Shown: positions 29,965 through 39,944 of the stretch, piece by piece
Numbering within the stretch: position 1 is the first letter of the stretch
Layout of the letters: every line of letters starts with the position of its first letter
Assembly: GCA_963664405.1 (NCBI GenBank)
Contig: OY761158.1
Coordinates: 5,760,001-5,824,000 of the forward strand
Length of the DNA: 64,000 nucleotides
Direction of reading: 5' to 3'
From: Thermoanaerobaculia bacterium
GTDB lineage: Bacteria > Acidobacteriota > Thermoanaerobaculia > Multivoradales > Multivoraceae
Notes under the pieces: generated by a model
Seen by the model: the letters and a program-made list of their open reading frames with translations, nothing else
The model's database searches: none
What the model was told of the DNA's origin: nothing
Position numbers and translations under genes: made by a program

Positions 29965-31158
29965 ATGCAACTGTCGAAAGAGTTCCGCAGTCTGCTGGAG
30001 TCGGGTATGGATCTGATGGCCGTAGGAGCCGACGAGATTGCGCGGACTCTGCCGCCGGTCGAGCCGGGCAGGTTCCTCGACCTGAACGCGGACGACGGCA
30101 GCTACGAGGTGAAAGACGAGCAAGGCTTCGGTGCCGGTTTTCTCGCCGGCAAGATGTGGATGCTGTACGACTACTTCGGCAAAGAGAGCTACGGCGATGC
30201 CGCGGCGGAGATCACGCGCTGGTGTGCGAGCCTGGCGCCGAGGACCGAAGTGGATATCGGCTTCGTTTCTCAGTACGCGCCGGCGATGGGCTACGAGCTG
30301 ACCGGGGAGGCGTGGATGAAGGAGCAAGCCCTCACAGGGTGCGCGTCCTTCGTCAAGAACTACAACCCCGAGCTCGGTCTCCTGATGGTATGGCCGCCGG
30401 ACATCCCCAAGCCGGACTTCGTTTTGCAGGTGCCGCGGAAGGTCCACGATTGGGAGAGCTACATCGATAGCGCGGCCTGCTCCAGCGTTTTGTGGTGGGC
30501 AAGGCGCTTCGAGCCGAAGTACGGAGAGATCGCCCACACCCAACAAGAGAGCGTGCGCCGGTGGGGCTTGATCCAGGCCGGTGGGAGAGTGCACCATCTG
30601 ATCGCCTTCGACCCTGCGTCGGGAGAGCCGATCGAGTTTCACACCGCGCAGGGCTATGACGACCACAGCCAATGGACCCGGGCTCAGGGCTGGGGCATGA
30701 ACTCATCGGTCTTCGCCTTCGAGGCTACGGGCGAGAGTCAGTTCCTCGTCGCGGCAGTCGAAACCTGCGATTATTTCCAAGAGCACATGTTGCCGGACAC
30801 AAGCACCGTCCCCTTCTATGATCTCGATGACCCACGCATCCCCGACATTGCTCGTGACACCTGCTCTACCACGCTTGCAATCAACGCCATGGTGCGCCTC
30901 ATGCAGGAGCAGCCAGAGCTCGAGCCCAGGTACGCTGCCTTTGTCGAGAGGGCCATAGCGGAGCTGTTGGAGAGCCACACCACGCCGGAGGGGATCGTCA
31001 TCCACGGTAGTTGGGGGAACATGCACAGCGACGTCGCCGAATGCGTCATGCCCTACGGCAACCTCTATCTGACCGAGACGCTCTACCGACTGCTCCGGCC
31101 TGGTAAAGACGTCTGGGGGATTCGCTCCCCGATCCAAAACGGGCTCGACCAAGCGTGA
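29965..31158 (+). CDS. GH88-like (alpha/alpha)6 barrel glycoside hydrolase
   Basis: GFLAGKMW, DIGF, YIDS, TAQGY...WTRAQGWG, RDTCS, YGNLY. Confidence 0.7.
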   Translation: MQLSKEFRSLLESGMDLMAVGADEIARTLPPVEPGRFLDLNADDGSYEVKDEQGFGAGFLAGKMWMLYDYFGKESYGDAAAEITRWCASLAPRTEVDIGFVSQYAPAMGYELTGEAWMKEQALTGCASFVKNYNPELGLLMVWPPDIPKPDFVLQVPRKVHDWESYIDSAACSSVLWWARRFEPKYGEIAHTQQESVRRWGLIQAGGRVHHLIAFDPASGEPIEFHTAQGYDDHSQWTRAQGWGMNSSVFAFEATGESQFLVAAVETCDYFQEHMLPDTSTVPFYDLDDPRIPDIARDTCSTTLAINAMVRLMQEQPELEPRYAAFVERAIAELLESHTTPEGIVIHGSWGNMHSDVAECVMPYGNLYLTETLYRLLRPGKDVWGIRSPIQNGLDQA

Positions 31159-33779
31159 GCTCCATCGAGCTGGGTGATCCGCACGTAGTAGTAGTCGCCG
31201 GCGCTGCCGGTTAGGTCGGTATAGCTCAGCTCCTGATCAAGCGGCGCATCGGGGTCCACAAATTGCACCGACACTCGGTCGGCGTGCCCGTCGACGGGTA
31301 GCGGGTACTCGACACGGCTCCCTCGCAGCTCTCCGAGCTCGATGCGGAGATCAATCGGTGGAATCTCGTCGCCAGGGAGCAGCGACGAGATTGAGCTGGT
31401 CCCGAGCGAGGCTTCGAGGCGCAGGCGCAGAGCCGTCGCCGGTCCGGCGCCGTCGAGCTCCAGCAGAATGGAGTCGGCGCGCCCCCGGGTGAGGATCTGC
31501 AATTGAACCTCCTGCGGCGACTCGGGATCGATCGTCACAGACTCCCGCGTTGCATGGTCGAGGCCAACCGGGCGCACACTCTTCAGGCTCGCCCCCGCGA
31601 CTTCGAGGACGCCTACCCAGTTGCGATAGCCACGAGGGTTCAGAACCTCGTCTCCCAGCGGATCGGAGGTCGATTCGAACACCACCTGCACGAAGACGTG
31701 TGGAGTAAGGGGGGCGGCGGCGTAGGGTCGACTCATCAGCACCTCTCCATTGCGTACCACGTCGATGCGCTCAATCGGTGCGGTGCCGGAGACTCGGCTC
31801 CAGATCTCGCGCTTCTGGCCGGCGGGCTGGCGGCTTCCCATCGGATAGCCATTGACGGTAGCTGCGAGCAGGATCCGCTGACCCGAGGTGGCGTATACGG
31901 CGCGGGCCCGCAGCGCATCAAAAATGGCGTCGGTGTCATTCTCCGCTGCCAGCACACCCGCGAGGCCCCCCGGCTGGGAGCCGCCGGCGAGCGGTGGAGG
32001 CGTCAGTCCAGGCTTGGCGTGATGGTCATCGCTGGCTGCCACCACGCCCACCTCGAAGCCCGCTCTGAGGTAGCGGTTGGCAAACCACTCGAAACTGCCG
32101 TGCATCGAGTAGACCTCGACCAGTCGCTCGAGATCCGCGTCGCTCCGGGTCCAATCGCCGGCCTCGTGAGCGTGCGGGATGATCAGCACGTCGTCAGGCT
32201 CCCAGCCCCGGCGCAGGCCTTGGTAGAGGGCTGGGAGGCGACTGGCGTCGTGCACTGAGACCCGCGGCCCTTCGGCGCGTCGGAAGAAGACGTTGTGGTG
32301 ACCGCCGCGGTTACGAAAGGCGCTCCACTCGTATCCGAGAATGGCGGTAAAGGAGCCTTCGCGGGTGAACTCACGAGTGAGCCCCTGGAGCTCTTGCCAT
32401 TCTGCGTCGTGCATCCAGATGTCGTGCTCCGAAAGGGTCACGAAGTCGAGTCGCGCGTCCTCGCGCGCGTATTCGAAGAAGGACCGTGCCGAGCCCTGCC
32501 CCTCGGCCATGCTGGTATGACCATGAGTGTCGCCCCAGAAGATGCGGTGTCGCGGTTCCTCTTCCACCCAGATCGGGTTGCTCCAGGCCTGGAGGCGGTC
32601 GTCCGCCGAGCGGATCTCGAAGCGAGCGACCCCCGGGGCTTCTACGCTCAGTCCGTCGACGCGGGCAACGGCCTCCTTCCCGGCGCTCAGGCTAGCCACC
32701 CGCTCGCCGTCGCGGAGTACCTCGTAAGCCGGTATGTCACCGCTGGAGCGGTTCATCGCCAGGTCTTCGCTGCGGACTGTCAGGGAGAAGACCTCGCCTG
32801 GAGTGAGCACCGAGGGCGCCAACAACCTGACTGCGGCCACCGCCGGCCGCCCCACGATCGCGAGCTCCGGCCAATCCGAGGTCAGGAAGACTCCCGACCC
32901 GTCGAGATCGACGTAGATCGGCACGATGAAGCGGTCAACACTGAAAGTCGGCACCCGAAGGCCCGGCGAGCCTTGGCCGCGATCCCCCAACGTGAAGGTC
33001 ACAACGTCGCCCGGCTCGAGCGTACCTCCGGTGACTCGAAAACCGGGCAGGTCTTGGTTGCCTCGGGTCGAACCGTGGACGCCGGTCCAGGGGATGGTGA
33101 CGGGCTCGAGGAGAACGTCGGCGCGAGAGCTCCGTGCCGATACGTAGTTGGGCGCGGTCGGGTCGCTATGTTGGAGGCGCAGCTCGTCGGCCACCCAGGT
33201 CTTTGCGACGAGGAAGGACCCGCCTGATGGCATCGCCGCCGTGCCTAGGACATAGCTCTCCTCGACAGTTACAAGGTCGCCCGAGACCAGCGCCTCGTCA
33301 GGCGAGAAAGCCAGGCGACCGAGGGCTCCTGGGTGGTCTTCCTTGAGCGCGAGCTCGCGGATGTAGGAATCGATGCGTCGGATGTGGAAGGCGAGCGGAA
33401 GGTCGAGGCCGACTGGCAGCTCGGGCTCGCCGCCGTCGTCGGCGCCCCAGCGCACCAGTGCGGCGTGGAGAGGAAGATCCACCGGAATCGCGACCCCCGC
33501 CAACCCGAGAGCGTTGGCCCAGGGCCATAGCACTTCGTTGCGGTCGAACACGTTGGCGGCGGTGGTCGGCACGGTGAGAATCTCCTCCTTCAAGAGCTCC
33601 ACCCGTGTCCGAAGCTCGTCGCTGCCCAGATCCGGGAGAAAGGTGTTGGGCTGGCAGCCGGCGAGCGCCAACGCGAAAAGAAGAGGCGGCCGTCGCCGGT
33701 TTAGGCGAGAACGAGGCGAGATCATCGAAGAGCCCAAGAAACGAGGACGCGGCGGATACGGTGATTGCTGCCTCCCCAT
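31083..33779 (-). CDS. DUF3604/PHP-like metallohydrolase lipoprotein (start uncertain)
   Basis: LAGC lipobox, FWGDTHGHT, SEHD, GYEW...GGHHNV, IPH, SDDH, YATSG, YYYVR...AWSSP. Confidence 0.75.
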   Translation of the reverse strand: MGRQQSPYPPRPRFLGSSMISPRSRLNRRRPPLLFALALAGCQPNTFLPDLGSDELRTRVELLKEEILTVPTTAANVFDRNEVLWPWANALGLAGVAIPVDLPLHAALVRWGADDGGEPELPVGLDLPLAFHIRRIDSYIRELALKEDHPGALGRLAFSPDEALVSGDLVTVEESYVLGTAAMPSGGSFLVAKTWVADELRLQHSDPTAPNYVSARSSRADVLLEPVTIPWTGVHGSTRGNQDLPGFRVTGGTLEPGDVVTFTLGDRGQGSPGLRVPTFSVDRFIVPIYVDLDGSGVFLTSDWPELAIVGRPAVAAVRLLAPSVLTPGEVFSLTVRSEDLAMNRSSGDIPAYEVLRDGERVASLSAGKEAVARVDGLSVEAPGVARFEIRSADDRLQAWSNPIWVEEEPRHRIFWGDTHGHTSMAEGQGSARSFFEYAREDARLDFVTLSEHDIWMHDAEWQELQGLTREFTREGSFTAILGYEWSAFRNRGGHHNVFFRRAEGPRVSVHDASRLPALYQGLRRGWEPDDVLIIPHAHEAGDWTRSDADLERLVEVYSMHGSFEWFANRYLRAGFEVGVVAASDDHHAKPGLTPPPLAGGSQPGGLAGVLAAENDTDAIFDALRARAVYATSGQRILLAATVNGYPMGSRQPAGQKREIWSRVSGTAPIERIDVVRNGEVLMSRPYAAAPLTPHVFVQVVFESTSDPLGDEVLNPRGYRNWVGVLEVAGASLKSVRPVGLDHATRESVTIDPESPQEVQLQILTRGRADSILLELDGAGPATALRLRLEASLGTSSISSLLPGDEIPPIDLRIELGELRGSRVEYPLPVDGHADRVSVQFVDPDAPLDQELSYTDLTGSAGDYYYVRITQLDGAHAWSSPFWIGERIPQTSLPGRSSR

Positions 33780-33845
33780 GCTACATCTTGCGCGCCTCGA
33801 AGCCGATGGCGGGACGGCTCGAGCGGGCGCTATCGTTACTCGGCG

Positions 33846-34094
33846 TCAGACTGCCGGAGTGGGGCCGTTGTGGTCGACCAGGTTGGCGCGTCTGCGATAT
33901 CGCAGGAAGTAGTAGAGCGCCGCGCCGAGGATCTTGGTGAAGACGATGACCAGCGTCCAGATCAACCGGTCCTGCCCCTCTCGCGACTCCTTGTTGAGGC
34001 AGTCGACGAGCATCCAGATCCAGAAACCCACCAGGGTAAGAGCGAAGGTCGCTGCGAGAGCTGTGAGGGATGTCTCTGCTATTCCAGCCATCAC
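33846..34094 (-). CDS. Small membrane protein, PLD-nuclease N-terminal-like
   Basis: FWIWMLVDC...LIWTLVIVF..ILGAALYY pattern. Confidence 0.7.
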   Translation of the reverse strand: MMAGIAETSLTALAATFALTLVGFWIWMLVDCLNKESREGQDRLIWTLVIVFTKILGAALYYFLRYRRRANLVDHNGPTPAV

Positions 34095-34160
34095 TGTCGG
34101 TACCGCTCCTTTCTAGGAGGAGCTACGAGCGACGAGGCGAAGTATTCTGACCGGCTACGC

Positions 34161-36416
34161 TCAGCGAAACACGTCGATGAGCCGGCTGTATTTGAGAACC
34201 AGACTGCGGTCCGGCTTTGCCAGGGCCATAGGGCCGAACTCCTCGACCTCGTTATAGACAACGAATAGACCGGTGTTGGCAGCGCCGAGCCAGCTGAAGC
34301 GCAAGTTGGTTGAGACATCGTCGGTGACGTCGTTGTATTGGACCAGTGACTGCAGCAAGATCTTGGTGCTGAAAGCGTAGGTCAGACGGAGTCGGCCGAG
34401 GTTGGTCTTGAAATCTCCGCCCTCGAGCTCGACGTCGTTGTAAGACCAGCCGATCTCCGAGCTCAGATATTCGCCGAGACGAACTAAGAGGGTGGGGTTG
34501 ATCACCAGGTGCCTACCGTCGAAGAAGCCGCCGCCCCGGATCGTTCCACTGAGACTGACCGCTCGGCCGCGGTTGGAGTTGGCCGAGAAGAAGAAGCTGT
34601 TGTTGGGATACCTTCCCGGCGGAACGACGATCCCCTCGATGATCTCGAAGGGCTCGGTCAACCCTTCCAGCGAGCCGCCCCCGGAGAAGCTGATCCGCGC
34701 GCCGTTGCGGTACTGGAGACCGGTGCCGAGCGAGGATCTCTCGGTGACGTGGAAGCCGCCGAAACCCCAGTAGCTGTCGTAGAAAATTCGAGGTCCGAAT
34801 TCCTTTATGCGGCTGCGTTTGCTGGCTTGAACTCGACGCGACACGAAGAAGTTCAGACGCCGATAGTCCGAACGATTGACGAAGCCCACCTCCGGGTTGA
34901 AGTCGCCGCCGACCTCCGAGTATCCGCCTCGCCCTCGCCACGAAGGAGAGCTGATGTTGGTCTCGAGCCCGAAAGCGTGGTCACGCCCGTCGAGGCCCGG
35001 CGTTTCGGTCTTGGCGGCAAAGGTGGTGAGCTCTGCGTATTGACCGATCCCGAGCTGGCCGTCGACGCCGAAGGTGCGGTTGTAGTCGTTGTCCGGAGCC
35101 AGCGACCCGGTGCCCTGGCGATTGACCACGATGAGGCCCGCACGGCTCCGGTTGCGGAACTCGCGATTGATACGGCCGACGGTGAAGTTGTTGGCGTGGA
35201 GATCGCCGAAGTCGTCGGTCTGCATGTTGAGGAAACCCACATTGAGGCCTGCGGCCTTGCCGGACAACCGAACACCGCCGAGGATGGGGATCTGCTCGCC
35301 GTCGTCGAGACCGATTCGACGGCTGAAGAAGAGGTCGACATTGCCGGAGCCGGAGAAGCTTGGACCGGTCGTTCCCACCTTGAAGAGCCCGGCGTTCTCG
35401 AGGAAGAAGGGTCTTTTCTCGGGGAAGAGAAGACTGAAACGGTCGAGGTTTATCTGCTGGTCGTCCACTTCGACCTGGGCGAAATCGGTGTTGACGGTCA
35501 GGTCGAGAGTCAGGCTCGGTGTGATGCTGTATTTGAGGTCGAAACCGGCCTCGACCTCGTCCGTTTGCTCGGTCTGGCCGTCGTCACGGGCCTCGCCGAG
35601 GACGTAGGGTGTGAGCTGAAGATTGCGCTGTGTGGGCGTCTCGATTCCCACCAGAGTGCCGGCCGCCGAGACCCGAAAGAGGTTGAACTCTCGGCCGAGC
35701 GGCGCCCAGAAGGCGATCTCGCTCCTGCGACGAATGTTGCGCTCGAAGTTGATGCCCCAGGTGGAGCCGCCAGACCTGTAGCGTAGGCTGCGAAAGGGGA
35801 TGGCGATCTCTGCGCTCCATCCGTAGTCCCCTGTCTTGGTCTGAACCGTCCACGAGGTATCCCAGTCGAGGTTGGCCGTACCGAACTGGCCTGAGCCCGA
35901 GCCGCGACTACGGCGGCTCGTCCCCCCGCCACCGCGCCCTTCGTTGTTCACTTGGCCGTCGTATTGAATCCCCGCCAGGTTGGTGCCGAAGATGAAGCCG
36001 TTCTGACGATCCAGAAAGGTGTCGAGGATGATTCGGAAGCTGTCTTCTCCGCTCAGATCGGCGTCACGGCGGCTGTCGGAGACCGCCAGCAGGTTTGGCT
36101 CGGAGTCGTAGCAGACGACGGCGATATAGAGCGCCTGATCGTCGAAGCCGATCCGCACTTCGGTCTTTTCAGTGGCCGCTTCGCCTTCGAAGGGCTGGAC
36201 TTGCACGAATCCTGTCGCTACATCGACGGCCTCCCACAGCGCCTCGGAGAGGACGTCCCCGTCTACCTGGGGTGCGGTGGTCAGCCTATGCGCTCGGAGC
36301 TCGGGTCTCATGCTTTGCTGCGCCTCAGCAGCTCCGACGAGCGTCACCAGGAAGACGAGAGCCGCCGCGACGCAGGCGCGGGAGAGCTGCGCTTTGATGA
36401 TCTCGTAGTGTTGCAT
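34161..36416 (-). CDS. CBM9-like + DUF5916 outer-membrane protein, copy A
   Basis: Signal peptide, PQVDG, GWSAEIAIPFRSL, NTDFAQVEVD, FPEKRPFFLE, FFSRRIG. Confidence 0.85.
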   Translation of the reverse strand: MQHYEIIKAQLSRACVAAALVFLVTLVGAAEAQQSMRPELRAHRLTTAPQVDGDVLSEALWEAVDVATGFVQVQPFEGEAATEKTEVRIGFDDQALYIAVVCYDSEPNLLAVSDSRRDADLSGEDSFRIILDTFLDRQNGFIFGTNLAGIQYDGQVNNEGRGGGGTSRRSRGSGSGQFGTANLDWDTSWTVQTKTGDYGWSAEIAIPFRSLRYRSGGSTWGINFERNIRRRSEIAFWAPLGREFNLFRVSAAGTLVGIETPTQRNLQLTPYVLGEARDDGQTEQTDEVEAGFDLKYSITPSLTLDLTVNTDFAQVEVDDQQINLDRFSLLFPEKRPFFLENAGLFKVGTTGPSFSGSGNVDLFFSRRIGLDDGEQIPILGGVRLSGKAAGLNVGFLNMQTDDFGDLHANNFTVGRINREFRNRSRAGLIVVNRQGTGSLAPDNDYNRTFGVDGQLGIGQYAELTTFAAKTETPGLDGRDHAFGLETNISSPSWRGRGGYSEVGGDFNPEVGFVNRSDYRRLNFFVSRRVQASKRSRIKEFGPRIFYDSYWGFGGFHVTERSSLGTGLQYRNGARISFSGGGSLEGLTEPFEIIEGIVVPPGRYPNNSFFFSANSNRGRAVSLSGTIRGGGFFDGRHLVINPTLLVRLGEYLSSEIGWSYNDVELEGGDFKTNLGRLRLTYAFSTKILLQSLVQYNDVTDDVSTNLRFSWLGAANTGLFVVYNEVEEFGPMALAKPDRSLVLKYSRLIDVFR

Positions 36417-36487
36417 TGGCGAGCGGAGGTAACCGCGGCGAGAATCATAGTCGCCAAACGAGTGGATGGTTGCTCTGGGGTAGGGAG

Positions 36488-38785
36488 TCAGCGAAACACG
36501 TCGATGAGACGGCTGTACTTGAGAACCAGGCTGCGGTCGGGTTTTGCCAGGGCCATTGGTCCGAACTCCTCGACCTCGTTGTAGACCACGAAGAGACCTG
36601 TGTTGGCTGCTCCGAGCCAACTGAAACGGAGATTGGTCGAGACATCGTCGGTGACGTCGTTGTACTGAATCAGAGACTGGACCAGAATCCTGGTCGAGAA
36701 GGCGTAGGTCAGACGGAGGCGGCCGAGGTTGGTAACGAAGGCCCCTGCCTCGAGACTGACGTCGTGGTAGGACCAGCTGATCTCTGAGCTCAGATAATCC
36801 CCGAGACGAACCGTGAGAGTCGGAGTGAGCTCGAGGTGGCTCCCGTCGAAGAATCCTCCTCCGCGGGCAACCCCGGCGAGACTGACCGCGCGGCCCGGCT
36901 TGGTGTTGACCGAAAGGAAGAAGCGATTGTTCGAATAGCTGCCGATCGGAACCACGATCCCCTCGAAGATCTCGAAGGGCTCCAGCAGACCCTCCAGCGA
37001 GCCGCCGAGCGAAAAGCTGATCCGGCCGCCGTTGCGGAACTCGACCTCGCCACCGAGCGAAGACCTCTCGGTGACGTGGAACCCGTTGAAGTCCCAGTAG
37101 CTGTCGTAGAAAATCCTCGGTCCGATCTCCTTGATGTGGCGGCTCTTGGGCCGAATGCGCTGCGAGGCGAAGAAGTTGAGACGTTGATAGTCCGAGCGAT
37201 TGATGAAGCCGACTTCGGGATTGAAGTCCGCCCCGACCTCCGAGACTCCAACCCGCCAGCGCCACGACGGCGACCCGTAGTTCGTATCGAGGCTGAAGGC
37301 ATGGTCGCGGCCCTCGAGGCCCGGTGTCTCGGTCTTGGCCGCGAAGCCGGAGAGCTCGGCATATTGGCCGAGCCCTAGCTGCCCGTCGACGCCGAAGGTG
37401 CGGTTGTAGTCGTTGTCCGGAGCCAGAGAGCCCGAGCCCTGACGGTTGACGACGATGAGACCGGCTCGGCTTCGATTGCGGAACTCGCGACTGAGGCGGC
37501 CGACGCTGAAGTTGTTGGCGTGGACCTCGCCGAAGTCGTCGGTTTGCATGGTGAGGAAGCCGACGTTCAAGCCTGCGGCCTTGCCGGATAGCCGAAGGCC
37601 GCCGAATATGGGAATCTGCTGCCCTTCGTCGAGGCCAATCCTGCGGCTGAAGAAGAGGTCGACGATGCCCGAGGTGCGGGCGCCGGAGCCGGATGAACCT
37701 ACTTTGAACAGCCCGGCGTTCTCCAGGAAGAACGGCCTCTTCTCGGGGAAGAAGAGGCTGAAGCGGTCGAGATTGATCTGTTGGTCGTCGACCTCGACTT
37801 GGGCGAAGTCGGTATTGACGGTCACGTCGAGCGTGAGGCTCGGAGTGATGCCGTACTTGAGGTCGAATCCGGCGTCGGTCTCGTCGGTGCGCTCCGTCTG
37901 CCCATCGTCGCGGCCCTCGGCCAGAACATAGGGTGTGATTTGGAGATTGCGCTGCTTGGGCGTTTCGACTCCGACCAGAGTCCCGGCTTCAGAGATGCGG
38001 AAGAAGTTGAACTCTCGACCGATCGGGGCCCAGAACGAGGTCTCGCTCTTGCGACGAATATTGCGCTCCACGTTGAGACCCCAGGTCGAGACGCCCGATC
38101 CGAAACGTAGGCTGCGAAAGGGGATGGCCATCTCGGCACTCCAACCGAGCGCGCCGGTTTTGGTTCGCACCGTCCACGAAGTGTCCCAGTCGAGATTGGC
38201 GACGCCCGCTTCCCGAGAGCCGAAGCTCCCGCCACGACGGCTCGTTCCCCCGCCCCCGCGTCCTTCGTTGGTCACCTGGCCGTCGTACTGGATACCCGCC
38301 AGATTGGTACCGAAGACGAAGGCGTTCTGACCGTCATGAAAAGTGTCCAGAACGATCCTAAAGCTGTCTTCCCCCGCCAGGTCCGCATCGCGACGGCTGT
38401 CTGAGACGGCGAGTAGACCGGGCTCGGAGTCGTAGCAGACGACGGCGATATAGAGCGCCTGATCGTCGAAGGCGACTCGCACTTCGGTCTTCTCGGTAGC
38501 TTCCTCGCCTTCGAAGGGCTGGACCTGTACGAATCCTGTCGCTACATCGACTGCCTGCCACAGCACCTCGGAGAGGACCTCTCCGTCCACCTGGGGTGCC
38601 GTGGCCAGTCGATGCGCACGGAGCTCGGGTCGCGGGCTCGGCTGCTGTGCATCAGCGTTGCCGACGAGCGTCGCCAAAACGACCAGGGCCAAGGCGACGC
38701 CGGGTCGATCGGGTAGTGGGCTGATGAGCTTGCGAGGTTGCACGACTGGGGGGGGTATTGCCGCCGCGGGAATCACATTCGCCAT
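36488..38785 (-). CDS. CBM9-like + DUF5916 outer-membrane protein, copy B
   Basis: Colinear paralog of 34161-36416 with an identical C-terminal peptide. Confidence 0.85.
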   Translation of the reverse strand: MANVIPAAAIPPPVVQPRKLISPLPDRPGVALALVVLATLVGNADAQQPSPRPELRAHRLATAPQVDGEVLSEVLWQAVDVATGFVQVQPFEGEEATEKTEVRVAFDDQALYIAVVCYDSEPGLLAVSDSRRDADLAGEDSFRIVLDTFHDGQNAFVFGTNLAGIQYDGQVTNEGRGGGGTSRRGGSFGSREAGVANLDWDTSWTVRTKTGALGWSAEMAIPFRSLRFGSGVSTWGLNVERNIRRKSETSFWAPIGREFNFFRISEAGTLVGVETPKQRNLQITPYVLAEGRDDGQTERTDETDAGFDLKYGITPSLTLDVTVNTDFAQVEVDDQQINLDRFSLFFPEKRPFFLENAGLFKVGSSGSGARTSGIVDLFFSRRIGLDEGQQIPIFGGLRLSGKAAGLNVGFLTMQTDDFGEVHANNFSVGRLSREFRNRSRAGLIVVNRQGSGSLAPDNDYNRTFGVDGQLGLGQYAELSGFAAKTETPGLEGRDHAFSLDTNYGSPSWRWRVGVSEVGADFNPEVGFINRSDYQRLNFFASQRIRPKSRHIKEIGPRIFYDSYWDFNGFHVTERSSLGGEVEFRNGGRISFSLGGSLEGLLEPFEIFEGIVVPIGSYSNNRFFLSVNTKPGRAVSLAGVARGGGFFDGSHLELTPTLTVRLGDYLSSEISWSYHDVSLEAGAFVTNLGRLRLTYAFSTRILVQSLIQYNDVTDDVSTNLRFSWLGAANTGLFVVYNEVEEFGPMALAKPDRSLVLKYSRLIDVFR

Positions 38786-38817
38786 TCACGCCGGCCACTA
38801 CCACGTAGACCCGCGTT

Positions 38818-39789
38818 TCAGAACATCGCGACGGGGTTGGCGGGGCTGCCTGTGCCGCGAGCGACCTTGAGCGGGAGCGCCATGAACATGAACTCGTAGC
38901 GCTCCTCCTCGGCGCAGGCATTGGCGAGCGGCTCGAGCAGCGCATTGTCGAGCAGGCCGACGCCGAAGTTGAAGAGGACTCCGTGCACTGGAAAAGTCAG
39001 ACCGTAGTCGTTCGGTCGCTCATCCATCATGTCCCAGCCGAGCAGCGATACGTCGTGATCGCGAATGAATTTCGCGCAGCTGACATGCAGGCCCGGTCGT
39101 GGCTCTGGCCCCCAGGTGCCTTCGCGCCGTTGGAACTCCTCGCGGCCACTGTGAACCAGGAGTGCATCGCCGGGCTCCAGCTCGACCCCCTGCGCGCGAG
39201 CGACCTCCTCGAGCTCCCAGCCGTGGACCGGCTTCTCGCGAGTGACGTGAGGCTCGCCGCGGTGGCGTGGCACGTCGAGGAGCACGCCGCGGGTGATGAT
39301 CCCGCCGCTCCAGGCGGTGATGTTGCCGAAGTGAGCGCCCGCCGTATCGATCTCCTTTTCGGCGTCACGACCCTGCCACATTCCGTCCGTATCCCACATA
39401 TGACACAGCGCGTCGATATGGGTGATCGTCAGGCCGTGATAGATGAAGCCGTAGTAGTCGACCACGGCGCCCGAGCCGCCGTCGCGGTTGTTCTTGCGGA
39501 TGAAGTGTTGCTCCGGTTCGAAGACTCGGCTCATCGAGACGGTGCGACCGTTGCTCACCAGCGCTGCCGCCTTGATCCGCTTCTCGGCGGTGATGAGGTT
39601 CATCGCCCCCATCTCGTCGTCCGCGCCCCAGCGTCCCCAGTTGCGACGTTCGCTGTATAGGGAGTCGACTTCGGCTTGAGTGGGAAGGCGGCGGCTTGAT
39701 TCCTGTGCTCTCAGGACCGGCTGGACCAGCGCGACTCCGCCGCTGATCGCCGCCGCGTTGCTTAGGAACTTTCTTCGTGTTGTCGTCAT
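38818..39789 (-). CDS. Cyclase (kynurenine formamidase-like) family protein with Tat signal
   Basis: TRRKFL, NWGRWG.DDE, THIDALCH, RGVLLD, GTGSPANP. Confidence 0.87.
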   Translation of the reverse strand: MTTTRRKFLSNAAAISGGVALVQPVLRAQESSRRLPTQAEVDSLYSERRNWGRWGADDEMGAMNLITAEKRIKAAALVSNGRTVSMSRVFEPEQHFIRKNNRDGGSGAVVDYYGFIYHGLTITHIDALCHMWDTDGMWQGRDAEKEIDTAGAHFGNITAWSGGIITRGVLLDVPRHRGEPHVTREKPVHGWELEEVARAQGVELEPGDALLVHSGREEFQRREGTWGPEPRPGLHVSCAKFIRDHDVSLLGWDMMDERPNDYGLTFPVHGVLFNFGVGLLDNALLEPLANACAEEERYEFMFMALPLKVARGTGSPANPVAMF

Positions 39790-39944
39790 GGTATTCCCTC
39801 CCATTGAAGGCGGGCCTGAATCCTCTCTTCCGCGATTTCCAGCTGCAGGTGATCGAGCTCAGAGATTATCAAGAGTGCGTTTTTCGGCCGAGCTGGTTGG
39901 CGCCGAGGTAGGATCGAGGCGCTGAAAGGAGTCTCAATCTTTTC

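Noticed and set aside
36417-37265. N-terminal extension making a 1034-aa ORF
   Set aside because: It overlaps the paralog in another frame; the signal peptide starts at 36416.
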